Shown piece by piece: positions 19,322 to 29,763 of a stretch of 64,000 nucleotides of DNA. A program made the position numbers and the translations under genes. Source of the stretch: Faecalibacterium sp. CAG:74. GTDB taxonomy: Archaea > Thermoplasmatota > Thermoplasmata > Methanomassiliicoccales > Methanomethylophilaceae. The stretch spans positions 1,820 to 65,819 of the forward strand of contig CAVHHN010000001.1 of NCBI GenBank assembly GCA_963635855.1. Reading direction: 5' to 3'. The notes below the pieces were generated by a model. It worked only from the letters and a program-made list of their open reading frames with translations, had not been told where the DNA came from and searched no databases. How positions within the stretch are numbered: position 1 is the stretch's first letter; each line of letters starts with the position of its first letter.

Positions 19322-22300
19322 TTAGTTCCGGGCCTGAAGGAGCTGTTTGTACCCAATAGGCATGACCTTCAGGAAACGCGAACAGTTCTCAGACCAGTTA
19401 TCGAGAAGTTCTTTAGCTTTCTTACTACCAGTGTAACGTACATGGTTCTCGAGTATCGTCCGGAGTTCATCTTTGTCTCTGACCGAGAGAAGTTCGAGTT
19501 CGACCATATCCATATTGCAATGACGATCGAAATCACCGCTGTCATTCAGGACATAGGCGATACCTGCGGACATACCGGCAGCGAAATTCCTTCCACAGCT
19601 ACCAAGGACGACGACACGTCCTCCGGTCATGTACTCACAACAATGGTCACCAACGCCTTCTGCGACGGCTATCGCACCACTGTTCCTCACACAGAACCTC
19701 TCACCGACCGCACCTGCGACATACAGTTCACCAGCGGTGGCACCATAGAGCAAAGTGTTGCCTGCGATGACATTGCAGGACAGGTCGGCATCAGAGGAAC
19801 GATAAACTGCGATCTTTCCTCCCGAAAGCCCCTTTCCAACGTAATCATTGCATTGACCATCTATGGAGAAGGTGATACCTTTGCAGAGGAATGCACCAAA
19901 GCTCTGGCCGGCGGAACCGTTGAACCTCACATTGATGGTGTCATCCTTCAGAGCACATCCGCGACGGATGAGCTCTCCGGAAAGCATGGTACCTACCGAA
20001 CGGTCCACATTCCTTATCGAATACTGAAGATCGACCCTCTTTCCACTGTCGAGGGATGCACCCACATCGGAGATTATCCTCTTATCAAAGACACCTTTCA
20101 GAATATCTGCCTGTCCGGTGGAACGCATACGTTCTCCCTCGGCCTTCACGGTGATCTTGCTGATATCGATCATGGATGCCCGGCCGGGGGTTTCTCTGCG
20201 GACAATCAGGTCAGGCCTTCCGATCACTTCATCGAGTGTGTGGAATCCCATCTCTGAGAGATAGTTGCGGACCTCCTCTGCGACACAATTGAAGTAATTC
20301 ACAAGGTGCTCGGGCTTGCCCTTGAATTTGGCCCGCCTCTCAGGGTCCTGAGTGGCTATACCTACAGGACAGGTGTTGGTCTGGCACTTACGGCACATGA
20401 TACACCCTATGGAGATGAGGGCGGCGGTGGCGAAACCATACTCTTCAGCACCGAGCAATGCTGCAAGGATCACATCCTTCCCGGTCTTGATCTGCCCATC
20501 AGCCTGAAGAGTGACACGACCGCGAAGGCCGTTGCAGACCAAGGCCTGCTGAACCTCGGCAAGACCGATGTCAAAAGGCATACCTGCATACCTCATGGAC
20601 GACATGGGGGCGGCCCCGGTACCTCCATCCCCTCCAGAAATGAGGATCAGGTCGGCACCTGCTTTGGCAACACCGCACGCAACAGTTCCCACACCGGATT
20701 CGGAGACCAATTTGACACTGATCTTAGCGGTCGGGTTGATGGATTTCAGGTCGAAGATCAATTGCTTCAGGTCTTCGATCGAATATATGTCATGATGAGG
20801 GGGTGGTGAGATCAGGGTAATGCCGGGGATCGTGTTACGGGTGGCAGCGATGACCGCATCCACCTTGAACCCCATAAGCTGCCCACCTTCACCGGGTTTG
20901 GCCCCCTGGGCGACCTTGATCTGGAGTTCATCGGCGTGGACCAGATAGTCGGCATTGACACCGAATCTTCCTGAAGCGACCTGCCTGATCTTAGAACGAG
21001 TGGAGGTACCGTTACGGGAAGGGTCCTCTCCGCCCTCACCGCAGTTGCTCTTACAGCCGAGGGTATTGGCGGCCTCCGCGAGAGTTTCGTGTGCTTCCTT
21101 ACTGATGGCACCGAACGACATGGCCTCGACAACGAACCTCTTGACGATCGAAGATGCAGACTCCACTTCCTCAAGAGGTACCTTCGTTCCGTGCTTGAAA
21201 TCCATGAGGTCGCGTACAAAGAAAGATTGGGCGGCTTCGCATTCCATATCTTTTGCAAATACTTTGAACTTGGAAGGGTCCTCGGCGGAGGAACGCAAGA
21301 TCTTCACAACCTCTGGAGACCAGGCATGCCTCTCTCCACCTTTGTGGAATGCATAATAACCATAATCCGGAAGGTCCTGGGACAGGTCACCGAACGCAGA
21401 TTCGTGCCTTGCTATGGAATCCTCAGCGATCTGTTCGATCCCTATTCCACCGATACTGGATCTCGTACCGGACATGTATTTTCCACAGAAATCCTGATCG
21501 AGACCGACAGCTTCGAACAGACAAGAACCACGATAGGAACGGATGGTGGCGATACCCATCTTGGACATGACCTTCTCGATACCTTTCTCCAACGAACGGA
21601 TATACCTCCATTCCGCAGTATCTGGATCATATGATATCTTGCCTTCAGAGCAACACTTGGAAATGATATTGAACACGAGGTAAGGGTTGACGGCAGTGGC
21701 CCCATAAGAGAACAAAAGGGCCATGTGTTCCACTTCTCTCGCTTCTCCAGTCTCCACGATAAGACCTGTCTGAGAACGCTTCTTCCTGTTGACCAGGTGG
21801 CTGTGCACTGCGGACAGTGCCAGAAGTGATGGGATCGATGCGTGCGTCGCATCAACTGAACGGTCTGAGAGGATAATGTACGAATGTCCTTCGTCCACAG
21901 CCTCCTCCGCCTTACGGCAGATCTCATCAAGAGCTCCCTTCAACCCGTCGTTCTTGCCTGAAATATCAAACACGATCGGGATCGTGACGGAGGTGAATCC
22001 GCGGTATGCGAGATTCCTGAGAAGGTCCAATTCACGGTTGGTCAACACAGGATGTCTTATTTTGACGGTCTTACAGGTATCGGCAGATGCCTCGAGGATA
22101 GAACTGTGTACCGAACCGATGTAGCCCATCAAGGACATGACGAGTTCCTCGCGGATCGGGTCGATCGGAGGGTTCGTGACCTGTGCGAAGGATTGTTTGA
22201 AGTAATTGTAAAATAGCTGCGGAAGGTCCGAAAGAGCGGCCAACGGAATGTCACTGTTGGACGATGCCACAGGTTCCTTCATGGTCTGTGCCATAGGGAT

Positions 22301-23704
22301 TATGATCTTTTCGACATCCTCCTTGCTGTAAAGGAATTCCCTTTCCAAACGGTCCGCATTATCAAGGTCACGGCCGACCTCACGACCGGATGAAACGGTG
22401 GTCAGATCGAGACAATACTTCTCCAACCAATCCCTGTACGGGTGGGCGGCCGCAAGTGCGGATTTGATCTCTGGGTCATAGATGATCTTGCCTGATGCGG
22501 TATCGATGAGTATCATTTTTCCAGGAGCTAATCTGCCAGCCTCCTTGATATCAGAATCAGCGATAGGTACGACTCCGGACTCCGATGCGAGAATAAATAA
22601 TCCATCCTTGGTCACAGTATATCTTTCAGGGCGCAGACCGTTACGGTCCAACATTCCGCCTGCCAGAACACCATCGGTGAAGAGAAGGGCCGCAGGACCA
22701 TCCCACGGCTCCATCAGGATCGAGTTGTATTCATAGTATGCTTTGAGCGAATCAGGAATAGGGTTCTTATTGTTCCAGGATTCGGGGACCATGGCAGTGA
22801 TGGCGTTCGCCATGCTGAGTCCGGACCTGACAAAGAACTCGAAAACATTGTCGAATGATGCACTGTCGCTCATTCCCGGCTGAACTATCGGGAACACGGA
22901 ATTCTCGCCAGAAAATCCAGGCACCGAGAGAATTCCTTCTCTGGCGGAGATCCACGAACGATTTCCGTTGATGGTATTGATCTCTCCGTTGTGGCACAAC
23001 ATCCTGAAAGGCTGGGCCAGTTTCCACATCGGGTTGGTGTTAGTGCTGAATCTTGAATGCACCATTGCAATGGCAGATTTGAACGCGGGATCGGTAAGAT
23101 CTGCGTAATAATCACGGATCTGTTCAGGGGTCAGCATACCTTTGTAAGTGAGGGTGCGAGTGGACAGACTGCAGATATAGAAATAAGGGTCCGTGACCTT
23201 GTTGGAGACCCTTTTCCGTACAATGAACAGCTTCCGTTCGAGTGCAGACTGTTCGTCATAACTGCTGATGAAGACCTGAACAATATGAGGTTCGGTCTCC
23301 AAAGCCAAAGGCCCAGGAACGGAATGGTCAACGGGTACTTCCCTGACCTGGATCATAAAAAGACCCAGGCGGGAACACTCATCCTTAAGGACTGAAAGTT
23401 CGCGCTCGGATTCGGCGGGATCTTTCGAAAGGAAAAGAATTCCGGTTCCGTAACGCCCTGCGTCAGGGACCGGTATCCCGCACTTTAGAATGAACTCGTG
23501 CGGAACCTGAACGGTGATACCGGAACCGTCTCCGGTACGCCCGTCAGCATTTTCGGCACCACGATGTGCCAGATTCTCCAAGATGGTAAGTCCGTATTCG
23601 ACTATTCCGTGGTCCTGGGCCCCATTGATGTTGACGGCCATCCCGACCCCGCAGGAATCTTTTTCATCCGCGGGGTCGTAGAGGCCGGTCTTGCGATTGA
23701 TCAA
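19322..23704 (-). CDS. gltB: Glutamate synthase, single large chain (amidotransferase + central + FMN + GXGXG domains)
   Basis: N-terminal nucleophile context EKDSCGVGM, an FMN-domain region (SGGDGGTGAAP) and a C-terminal GXGXG beta-helix. The start is proposed at TTG 23704 (MINRKTGLYDP), 9 nt after GGAG. The ATG at 23869 would overlap glnA by 149 nt. Confidence 0.88.
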   Translation of the reverse strand: MINRKTGLYDPADEKDSCGVGMAVNINGAQDHGIVEYGLTILENLAHRGAENADGRTGDGSGITVQVPHEFILKCGIPVPDAGRYGTGILFLSKDPAESERELSVLKDECSRLGLFMIQVREVPVDHSVPGPLALETEPHIVQVFISSYDEQSALERKLFIVRKRVSNKVTDPYFYICSLSTRTLTYKGMLTPEQIRDYYADLTDPAFKSAIAMVHSRFSTNTNPMWKLAQPFRMLCHNGEINTINGNRSWISAREGILSVPGFSGENSVFPIVQPGMSDSASFDNVFEFFVRSGLSMANAITAMVPESWNNKNPIPDSLKAYYEYNSILMEPWDGPAALLFTDGVLAGGMLDRNGLRPERYTVTKDGLFILASESGVVPIADSDIKEAGRLAPGKMILIDTASGKIIYDPEIKSALAAAHPYRDWLEKYCLDLTTVSSGREVGRDLDNADRLEREFLYSKEDVEKIIIPMAQTMKEPVASSNSDIPLAALSDLPQLFYNYFKQSFAQVTNPPIDPIREELVMSLMGYIGSVHSSILEASADTCKTVKIRHPVLTNRELDLLRNLAYRGFTSVTIPIVFDISGKNDGLKGALDEICRKAEEAVDEGHSYIILSDRSVDATHASIPSLLALSAVHSHLVNRKKRSQTGLIVETGEAREVEHMALLFSYGATAVNPYLVFNIISKCCSEGKISYDPDTAEWRYIRSLEKGIEKVMSKMGIATIRSYRGSCLFEAVGLDQDFCGKYMSGTRSSIGGIGIEQIAEDSIARHESAFGDLSQDLPDYGYYAFHKGGERHAWSPEVVKILRSSAEDPSKFKVFAKDMECEAAQSFFVRDLMDFKHGTKVPLEEVESASSIVKRFVVEAMSFGAISKEAHETLAEAANTLGCKSNCGEGGEDPSRNGTSTRSKIRQVASGRFGVNADYLVHADELQIKVAQGAKPGEGGQLMGFKVDAVIAATRNTIPGITLISPPPHHDIYSIEDLKQLIFDLKSINPTAKISVKLVSESGVGTVACGVAKAGADLILISGGDGGTGAAPMSSMRYAGMPFDIGLAEVQQALVCNGLRGRVTLQADGQIKTGKDVILAALLGAEEYGFATAALISIGCIMCRKCQTNTCPVGIATQDPERRAKFKGKPEHLVNYFNCVAEEVRNYLSEMGFHTLDEVIGRPDLIVRRETPGRASMIDISKITVKAEGERMRSTGQADILKGVFDKRIISDVGASLDSGKRVDLQYSIRNVDRSVGTMLSGELIRRGCALKDDTINVRFNGSAGQSFGAFLCKGITFSIDGQCNDYVGKGLSGGKIAVYRSSDADLSCNVIAGNTLLYGATAGELYVAGAVGERFCVRNSGAIAVAEGVGDHCCEYMTGGRVVVLGSCGRNFAAGMSAGIAYVLNDSGDFDRHCNMDMVELELLSVRDKDELRTILENHVRYTGSKKAKELLDNWSENCSRFLKVMPIGYKQLLQARN

Positions 23705-23720
23705 GGGGCCACACTCCGAC

Positions 23721-25904
23721 TCAGTGGATGAACAGCAGTTCTCTGTACTTGGGGAGTGGCCACATCTGGTCATCGACGAGGAGTTCGAGCGAATCGACAT
23801 GTGCCCTGATCTTTTCGAGCAGGGGAACGACCTCATCGTGATACTTGACAGCCTCTGCGCGTCCCTCACCGATGTGTTCGAACTTATCGACCAGGACCTC
23901 GAGCTTGTCGATCATGGCCTCTGCACCGGAAATGTCCTCGGAGATACATTTGATGAGGTCGCTCTGAGAAGCAGCCATCTTCTTGAACTCGCTTGCGGAA
24001 TAGATCGCCTTGAGGTTGTTAACGTTCTCAAGAAGGACGTTCTGGTAGCGGATAGCCACAGGGATGATATGGTTGGTCACGAGATCACAGAGGGTCTTGG
24101 CCTCGATGGCGATCTTCCTACAATAGATCTCAAGGAAGACCTCTTTCCTTGACTCGAGTTCGACCTTGGTGAGAACGTGTTCAGACTTGAATATCTTGAC
24201 GGTCTGGGAGCTGGTGTACGCATCCATACATACAGGAACCGAACTCTCACAGTCGAGACCACGCTTGGCGGCTTCGACTTTCCATTCGTCAGAATATCCG
24301 TTACCATCGAAGCATATGTCCCTGCAGGCACGGTAGGTCTCACGGGTCTCATCGAGAACGGCCTTGAGTGCGTCATCGCCAGCAGAGATCCTCTTCTTGA
24401 CCGCATCGGTGAATTTGTGGATCTGATATGCCAAGATGGTGTTGAGGATGGTGATGGGTCCAGAACAGTTGGCGGATGAACCGACGGCCCTGAACTCGAA
24501 TCTGTTACCAGTGAATGCGAACGGAGAGGTTCTATTCCTGTCGGTGTTGTCGACCATAAGGTCGGGAACCTGGGGAATGCCGAGGCTGTACCCTTTCTTA
24601 CCGGCGATCTTGACCATGTCCTTGCTGTTGAGAAGTTCCTCAAATGCAGCATGGACCTGGGTTCCGAGGAATGAGGAAATAATTGCGGGAGGGGCCTCAT
24701 TGGCTCCAAGCCTGTGTGCATTGGATGCAGTGAGCACAGACGCTTTCAGAAGAGCATTGTTGTCATAGACCGCCTTGAGGGTGTTGGCCATGAAACAAAG
24801 GAATCTGAGATTCTCCGCATCGGTCTTTCCGGGAGACATGAGTCCGATACCGCTCTCGGTTCCGATGGACCAGTTGCAGTGCTTACCGGATCCGTTGACA
24901 CCTGCGAAAGGCTTCTCGTGGAGAAGGACCGCGAAACCGTGCCTCATGGCGACATACCTCATAACGGACATCAAGAGGAGGTTGTGGTCGATGGCAAGGT
25001 TAGAAGACTCATAAACAGGGGCGATCTCGAACTGTCCGGGCGCAACCTCATTGTGCCTTGTTTTTACGGGAATACCGAGCTTGTAACACTCATACTCGAG
25101 ATCTTTCATAAAGCCCATGACCCTTGGAGGGATGGATCCGAAATAGTGGTCCTCAAGCTGCTGGTTTTTGGACGAGACATGACCGAGAAGGGTGCGCTCG
25201 GTAAGTACGAGGTCAGGCCTCTGTGCATAAAGGTCCTTGTCAACGAGGAAATATTCCTGTTCCCAACCAAGATATGAGTGGGTGACCTCATTGGGGTACC
25301 CCATAAGTGCCAGAAGATCGGACGCAGCCTTGGTGACAGCAGCATCTGACTTGAGGAGGGGGGTCTTGTAATCAAGTGCTTCTCCAGTGTAAGAAATGAA
25401 CACGGTCGGGATACAAAGCGTGTCTCCGATGATGAATGCGGGAGATGAGGGGTCCCATGCGGTATATCCCCTTGCTTCGAATGTGTTCCTTAATCCACCA
25501 CTTGGGAATGATGATGCGTCAGGCTCCTGCTGGCACAGTAATTTTCCGCTGAAGTTCTCGATCGATTCGTCACGTCCGCGAGGGTCGGCAAAAGAGTCGT
25601 GTTTCTCCGCGGTACCGCCAGTAAGAGGCTGGAACCAGTGAGTGTAGTGAGTGACGCCTTTGTCGATGGCCCACCTCTTCATTCCGGCTGCGACATAATC
25701 TGCGATGGATTTGTCCAGGGTCGCACCACGCTCGATGGTCTCATAAATGGCCCTCCTGGTGTCCTCATCGAGGTATTTCCTCATAGCGGCCCTGTTGAAA
25801 ACATTGCATCCGTAGTATGCAGAGGTCTCACGATTCGGGGCGACGGCAACAACCGGTTCTTTTGCAGTAGCTTTGCTAACTGCTTCGAATCTGAAATTTA
25901 TCAT
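23721..25904 (-). CDS. glnA: Glutamine synthetase, type III
   Basis: 727 aa, a length typical of type III GS. A central GS catalytic-domain region (NGSGKHCNWS, HRLGANEAPP) and a long C-terminal helical extension. Confidence 0.88.
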   Translation of the reverse strand: MINFRFEAVSKATAKEPVVAVAPNRETSAYYGCNVFNRAAMRKYLDEDTRRAIYETIERGATLDKSIADYVAAGMKRWAIDKGVTHYTHWFQPLTGGTAEKHDSFADPRGRDESIENFSGKLLCQQEPDASSFPSGGLRNTFEARGYTAWDPSSPAFIIGDTLCIPTVFISYTGEALDYKTPLLKSDAAVTKAASDLLALMGYPNEVTHSYLGWEQEYFLVDKDLYAQRPDLVLTERTLLGHVSSKNQQLEDHYFGSIPPRVMGFMKDLEYECYKLGIPVKTRHNEVAPGQFEIAPVYESSNLAIDHNLLLMSVMRYVAMRHGFAVLLHEKPFAGVNGSGKHCNWSIGTESGIGLMSPGKTDAENLRFLCFMANTLKAVYDNNALLKASVLTASNAHRLGANEAPPAIISSFLGTQVHAAFEELLNSKDMVKIAGKKGYSLGIPQVPDLMVDNTDRNRTSPFAFTGNRFEFRAVGSSANCSGPITILNTILAYQIHKFTDAVKKRISAGDDALKAVLDETRETYRACRDICFDGNGYSDEWKVEAAKRGLDCESSVPVCMDAYTSSQTVKIFKSEHVLTKVELESRKEVFLEIYCRKIAIEAKTLCDLVTNHIIPVAIRYQNVLLENVNNLKAIYSASEFKKMAASQSDLIKCISEDISGAEAMIDKLEVLVDKFEHIGEGRAEAVKYHDEVVPLLEKIRAHVDSLELLVDDQMWPLPKYRELLFIH

Positions 25905-26010
25905 AACGAGAGCAATCCGTAGTTTATTAATATACTTTTCTAAAAATCAATTCAAAAAATATAGATTAAGTTCCGTTTATTGCTTAAACAATTACAAAAA
26001 TCTTTTTAAT

Positions 26011-26026
26011 TTAGACATTTGTCTAA
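26011..26026. promoter_or_regulatory. Perfect palindrome upstream of glnA (candidate operator)
   Basis: TTAGACA-TT-TGTCTAA lies 107-122 nt upstream of the glnA ATG in an AT-rich intergenic region. Confidence 0.3.
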
Positions 26027-26083
26027 CTAACTATTGATTGTGGTTGATTGATAAGACAGTTACATCAATAGGCTGAAAGAAAG

Positions 26084-26098
26084 AGGGGCAGAGCCCCC
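26084..26098 (-). terminator. GC hairpin plus T-rich tract after the PP2C gene
   Basis: On the minus strand, GGGGGCTCTGCCCC is followed by TCTTTCTTTC, about 55 nt after the stop at 26153. Confidence 0.4.
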
Positions 26099-26152
26099 AT
26101 CTGAAAATGTGAGATTGCATTCAACAAGATCGTTTGGATCGCTCAAAATACT

Positions 26153-28033
26153 TCATTCAGCATTAGAACAGTCAAGTTTCTTCCACACTGTGAATATGTT
26201 CTGTCCATTGAAGTACTTATAATCTGCATATGTCACTAGTTTTTTGATCATATGGATACCAAATCCGCCGATAGGCCAATCACTGAGGTTCTCATCAATT
26301 GTGATCTCCTCTAAATTGAGAGGATTGAACGATTCCGAACTATCTGCAAAGGTCAGTTTGATCTCATTATCACGTGAACTGCAGTAGACGGTAACATCTC
26401 CCTCCTGATCGCCTTTGGAATGGTCACAGATATTGACGAATATCTCCTCTGCGACGATCTCCATTTTAAGAACGTCTTTGATCTTAAATCCTTGAGCGAC
26501 TAGTTGGGATTCCAAAAAGGCATTGATATTCACAAGTTCCTCCACATTTCTGGGAACGACAAATTTGTGATACTGCGGACGGTTAACAATGAAACACAGC
26601 ATTGTTATGTCATCTGACTGTGTCCACGTTCCTACGAACTCTTTTACCGCAGATTGGACCGCCTTCACGATAGATTTCGCATTGTTGTCTCCCACACTGT
26701 TGAGAACATTCTCCAAACGTTCACGACCGAACTGTTCGCCCGCCTCATTAAATGCCTCATTGACACCATCAGTGTAACAAAAGAAGGTGTCGACATCAGA
26801 CAGAGCGATCGTATCGGTTTTGTAGTGTATTGACCGGTTCACACCGATCATCAATCCTTTTTTCACAGGAAGTTTTTCAAAGCTTCCATTAAGGTGCCTG
26901 ACCATTGGCGGAGGGTGCCCTGCGTTGGCATATTGCAAAACACCGGTATCGGAATCATAGATCCCCATCCAAACTGTAATGAACTGCTCCGCAGCATTTC
27001 TGGAACATATCTCTTTGTTGAATGCGGTGAGGATACGTCCGGGATCATTGCGCAACATGGCTGTGGCCCTTAAAGCTCCCATGGCGCTCATCATCATCAA
27101 TGAAGCGGGGAGCCCTTTATCAGACACATCAGCAACAACGAAGGCAGTGAGGTTCCTCCGAATAGCGAAACAATCGTAAAAATCCCCTGCAACCTCAGTA
27201 GCAGGCACCATTATCCCATAGATATCCAAAGACCGGGTGATAGGAAATTCAGCCGGGAGTGATGCTAATTGTATGTCCCTTGCAATAACAAAATCATGTT
27301 CTGCACGTTTAACATTCTCTTGAGTTTCTATTAACCGCATATACTTGTAAAACAGAACAAGAGCCAAGTATCCGAATATTAAGATGGATAGATCGGACCA
27401 AATATAAAGGGTCCAGAGCTGTTCAGGATGGTCCCACTGGTGCCATTCCGAGATCATAGACGGGATGAAAAAAGCATATATGGCAGCAAGCAGCAAAGGT
27501 GCCACATACCATATTTTATATTTCTTTAGAAGACCGAGTACTACAGAAATTGCTGTTGCGGCGATCACCAACAGATCTACATAGTTCTCCGCTTGGAGAT
27601 ACATGCAATTGTGTAGAAAAAGAACGTGGATCGATAGAGAGATGGCAGACACCACCACCACATACACAGGTCCACCGATCATACCTGTCAGTATGATCGG
27701 AATGTACGCAGTTTGGAATAATGCTTGAGAACCTACCAGGATACTATCCATAATGGTCATACTGACCATCAGAGCGACAAAAGCACATTTGTAATACCAC
27801 TTAGAAGAACTGGATTCCGTAAGTTCGTGGAACATGCGCCCGCGGAACAACATGTATATGATCAACATGGATACAATGGTCCACGCGACACCGTCACTCA
27901 TGCCACTCGTGACTCTGTAATATGGAAATTCTTGTACTCCCAGATTGTAATTTACGTATGCGGCACAAACCGAAATAAGCGTCAAAAGAATAAACAAATT
28001 CTGTAGAACAGCCACTTTGTTATCGATTTTCAT
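26153..28033 (-). CDS. Polytopic membrane PP2C (SpoIIE/RsbU-type) phosphatase fused to a C-terminal RsbW/SpoIIAB-like HATPase domain
   Basis: About 10 TM segments at the N-terminus. PP2C metal motifs are present: GDFYDCF, VADVSDKGLPASLMM, YTDGVNEA and SDDITMLCF. The C-terminal ~130 aa carry the N-box-like EEIFVNICDH and FADSSESFNP. Confidence 0.8.
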   Translation of the reverse strand: MKIDNKVAVLQNLFILLTLISVCAAYVNYNLGVQEFPYYRVTSGMSDGVAWTIVSMLIIYMLFRGRMFHELTESSSSKWYYKCAFVALMVSMTIMDSILVGSQALFQTAYIPIILTGMIGGPVYVVVVSAISLSIHVLFLHNCMYLQAENYVDLLVIAATAISVVLGLLKKYKIWYVAPLLLAAIYAFFIPSMISEWHQWDHPEQLWTLYIWSDLSILIFGYLALVLFYKYMRLIETQENVKRAEHDFVIARDIQLASLPAEFPITRSLDIYGIMVPATEVAGDFYDCFAIRRNLTAFVVADVSDKGLPASLMMMSAMGALRATAMLRNDPGRILTAFNKEICSRNAAEQFITVWMGIYDSDTGVLQYANAGHPPPMVRHLNGSFEKLPVKKGLMIGVNRSIHYKTDTIALSDVDTFFCYTDGVNEAFNEAGEQFGRERLENVLNSVGDNNAKSIVKAVQSAVKEFVGTWTQSDDITMLCFIVNRPQYHKFVVPRNVEELVNINAFLESQLVAQGFKIKDVLKMEIVAEEIFVNICDHSKGDQEGDVTVYCSSRDNEIKLTFADSSESFNPLNLEEITIDENLSDWPIGGFGIHMIKKLVTYADYKYFNGQNIFTVWKKLDCSNAE

Positions 28034-29760
28034 ACGGTCACCGTGAGATTGTTCAGTTTCAGGGAATAACTATATTCGATATTCTTCGCGGCAGCATGTA
28101 CGACCTTGATCCCCAAATGTCCGTCCGTGTCAGCGACAATGGGATTGAATCTGACACCGTCATCCCGCATACGAAATATCACATCATCTCCTTCCTTCAC
28201 GATGCGTATATCGATAGAGTGATCCGTCTCATCATTGAAAGCATGTTCCACGACATTTCCTGCCATCTCCTCTATACAGAGAGCAATACGATCTGCCCGG
28301 TCCTGAGGGATGTTGTGCTCCACACACATTTCAGAGATCTTCCCAACTAGCCCCGAGACCTCTTCCATTTTGTTTGTTATGGACAATTCACACACCGTAT
28401 CAATGTCGAAGACGCTGGATTTCGCGACAACGAAGTCCTCCATATGACGAGGGAATTTTCCCGACTTCGTCCAGATGAACAGCATGATGGTGAGAACGGA
28501 TAACACGTCCGCGAGGAAGAAGGAGATCCACACTCCGTCAAGACCTATGAGCGGGGCGAGGGCAAAAGACACTAGAATGACATACAGTGCACCCCTTGAT
28601 AGAGAGATAACATTCGACATCAGGAGATTTCCCATCGTCTGATACATATAAAGGAAGATCAGGCAAACGGTCGAAGTTGGCTGAGAGATGGCAAAAAGTC
28701 TGAGACATCTGGCCGCGAGGTCCAGATCCCCCCCGTCAGCGATGAACATCCCAGCGACTGGTTTTGCGAATATGAACAGCAAAACAGCCACTATTGTGGA
28801 TAGTGTGATCCCAGATTTCAAAGCGACGCGAAGTGTGTCTGTGATAGCCCTCCGATCCCTCTCTCCGAAGAAGATCCCACACATCGTGGCGACCATGAGT
28901 CCATATCCGGTGGAAATGGCGATCAAGAACTGGTATACATTGGTCTGAACCGATAATGCCAGCACGGCCGCCGATCCTCCAAGGGACAGCAGGAACACAT
29001 TGAGCACGAGGTTTTTGATGGTCTGAGATCCCCTGTTTATAGCGGTGGGAAGACCGGCCATACAGATATCTTTCAGTACAGTCCGGGAACCAGAGGGGGA
29101 ACAAAACCTGAGCATACGTTCCCTTCTTTTAAAATGGGTCATGGCAATGAACAATCCGGCAAGATTGCCGACCATGATGGAGGCCCCGATACCAAAAAGA
29201 CCCAGATTGGTGGATGATGCACAGAACAGTGCCACCACGGTGTTCGCGACAATGACCACAATCATGGAGATCAAGGAAATTCTCTGGTTGCTATCCATCC
29301 TCAGATAGATCAACAGGTTCTGTAACAGTAGAAAGGGTATGGCGGATATCCCAAGACCGCGAATGTAGCCGGCCGCCATGCCCTCGATGTTGTCACCAGC
29401 TCCGAACAGGTTCGAAAGCGGATCAGCGAGTAAAAGACAGAACAGCATATACACTGCGCCCACCGATATAGAAGACAACGTCGTCGCAGTAAAGTTCAGC
29501 TGAACTGCAGTCATGTCCCCTCTACCGATATGATTGGCACATTTTATCGCACCCCCGTTGCTGAAGATGCCGGATACAGCCCCTAGAAGAAGGAATACGG
29601 GGGATGTGAGACCGAAGGCAACAAGGGCGTCGGAACCTAACAGTTGCCCGATGATAAGACCATTGATGACCATGCTCAGCGTGGCTGTAAGCGTCACTAA
29701 AATAGTAACAGCCAAATGACCGTGCAGGACCTTCTCGATCAGATAGGTGTTGGTATGCAT
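28030..29760 (-). CDS. MATE-family exporter fused to a C-terminal RsbW/SpoIIAB-like HATPase domain
   Basis: About 12 TM segments over roughly 440 aa with a MATE-like duplicated layout. The soluble tail carries CIEEMAGNVVEHAF (E..N...H N-box) and RMRDDGVRFNP (G1-box-like). ATGA overlap with the PP2C gene. Confidence 0.75.
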   Translation of the reverse strand: MHTNTYLIEKVLHGHLAVTILVTLTATLSMVINGLIIGQLLGSDALVAFGLTSPVFLLLGAVSGIFSNGGAIKCANHIGRGDMTAVQLNFTATTLSSISVGAVYMLFCLLLADPLSNLFGAGDNIEGMAAGYIRGLGISAIPFLLLQNLLIYLRMDSNQRISLISMIVVIVANTVVALFCASSTNLGLFGIGASIMVGNLAGLFIAMTHFKRRERMLRFCSPSGSRTVLKDICMAGLPTAINRGSQTIKNLVLNVFLLSLGGSAAVLALSVQTNVYQFLIAISTGYGLMVATMCGIFFGERDRRAITDTLRVALKSGITLSTIVAVLLFIFAKPVAGMFIADGGDLDLAARCLRLFAISQPTSTVCLIFLYMYQTMGNLLMSNVISLSRGALYVILVSFALAPLIGLDGVWISFFLADVLSVLTIMLFIWTKSGKFPRHMEDFVVAKSSVFDIDTVCELSITNKMEEVSGLVGKISEMCVEHNIPQDRADRIALCIEEMAGNVVEHAFNDETDHSIDIRIVKEGDDVIFRMRDDGVRFNPIVADTDGHLGIKVVHAAAKNIEYSYSLKLNNLTVTV

Positions 29761-29763
29761 CGC

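Noticed and set aside
23705-23869. ATG-initiated N-terminal extensions in the ORF track: gltB 23869, proB 7826, ths 19201, rps17e 46353, grpE 17466, hypB 54061
   Set aside because: The extensions overlap upstream genes or add non-homologous, compositionally odd residues before well-known conserved N-termini. Internal starts with SD-like motifs fit better.
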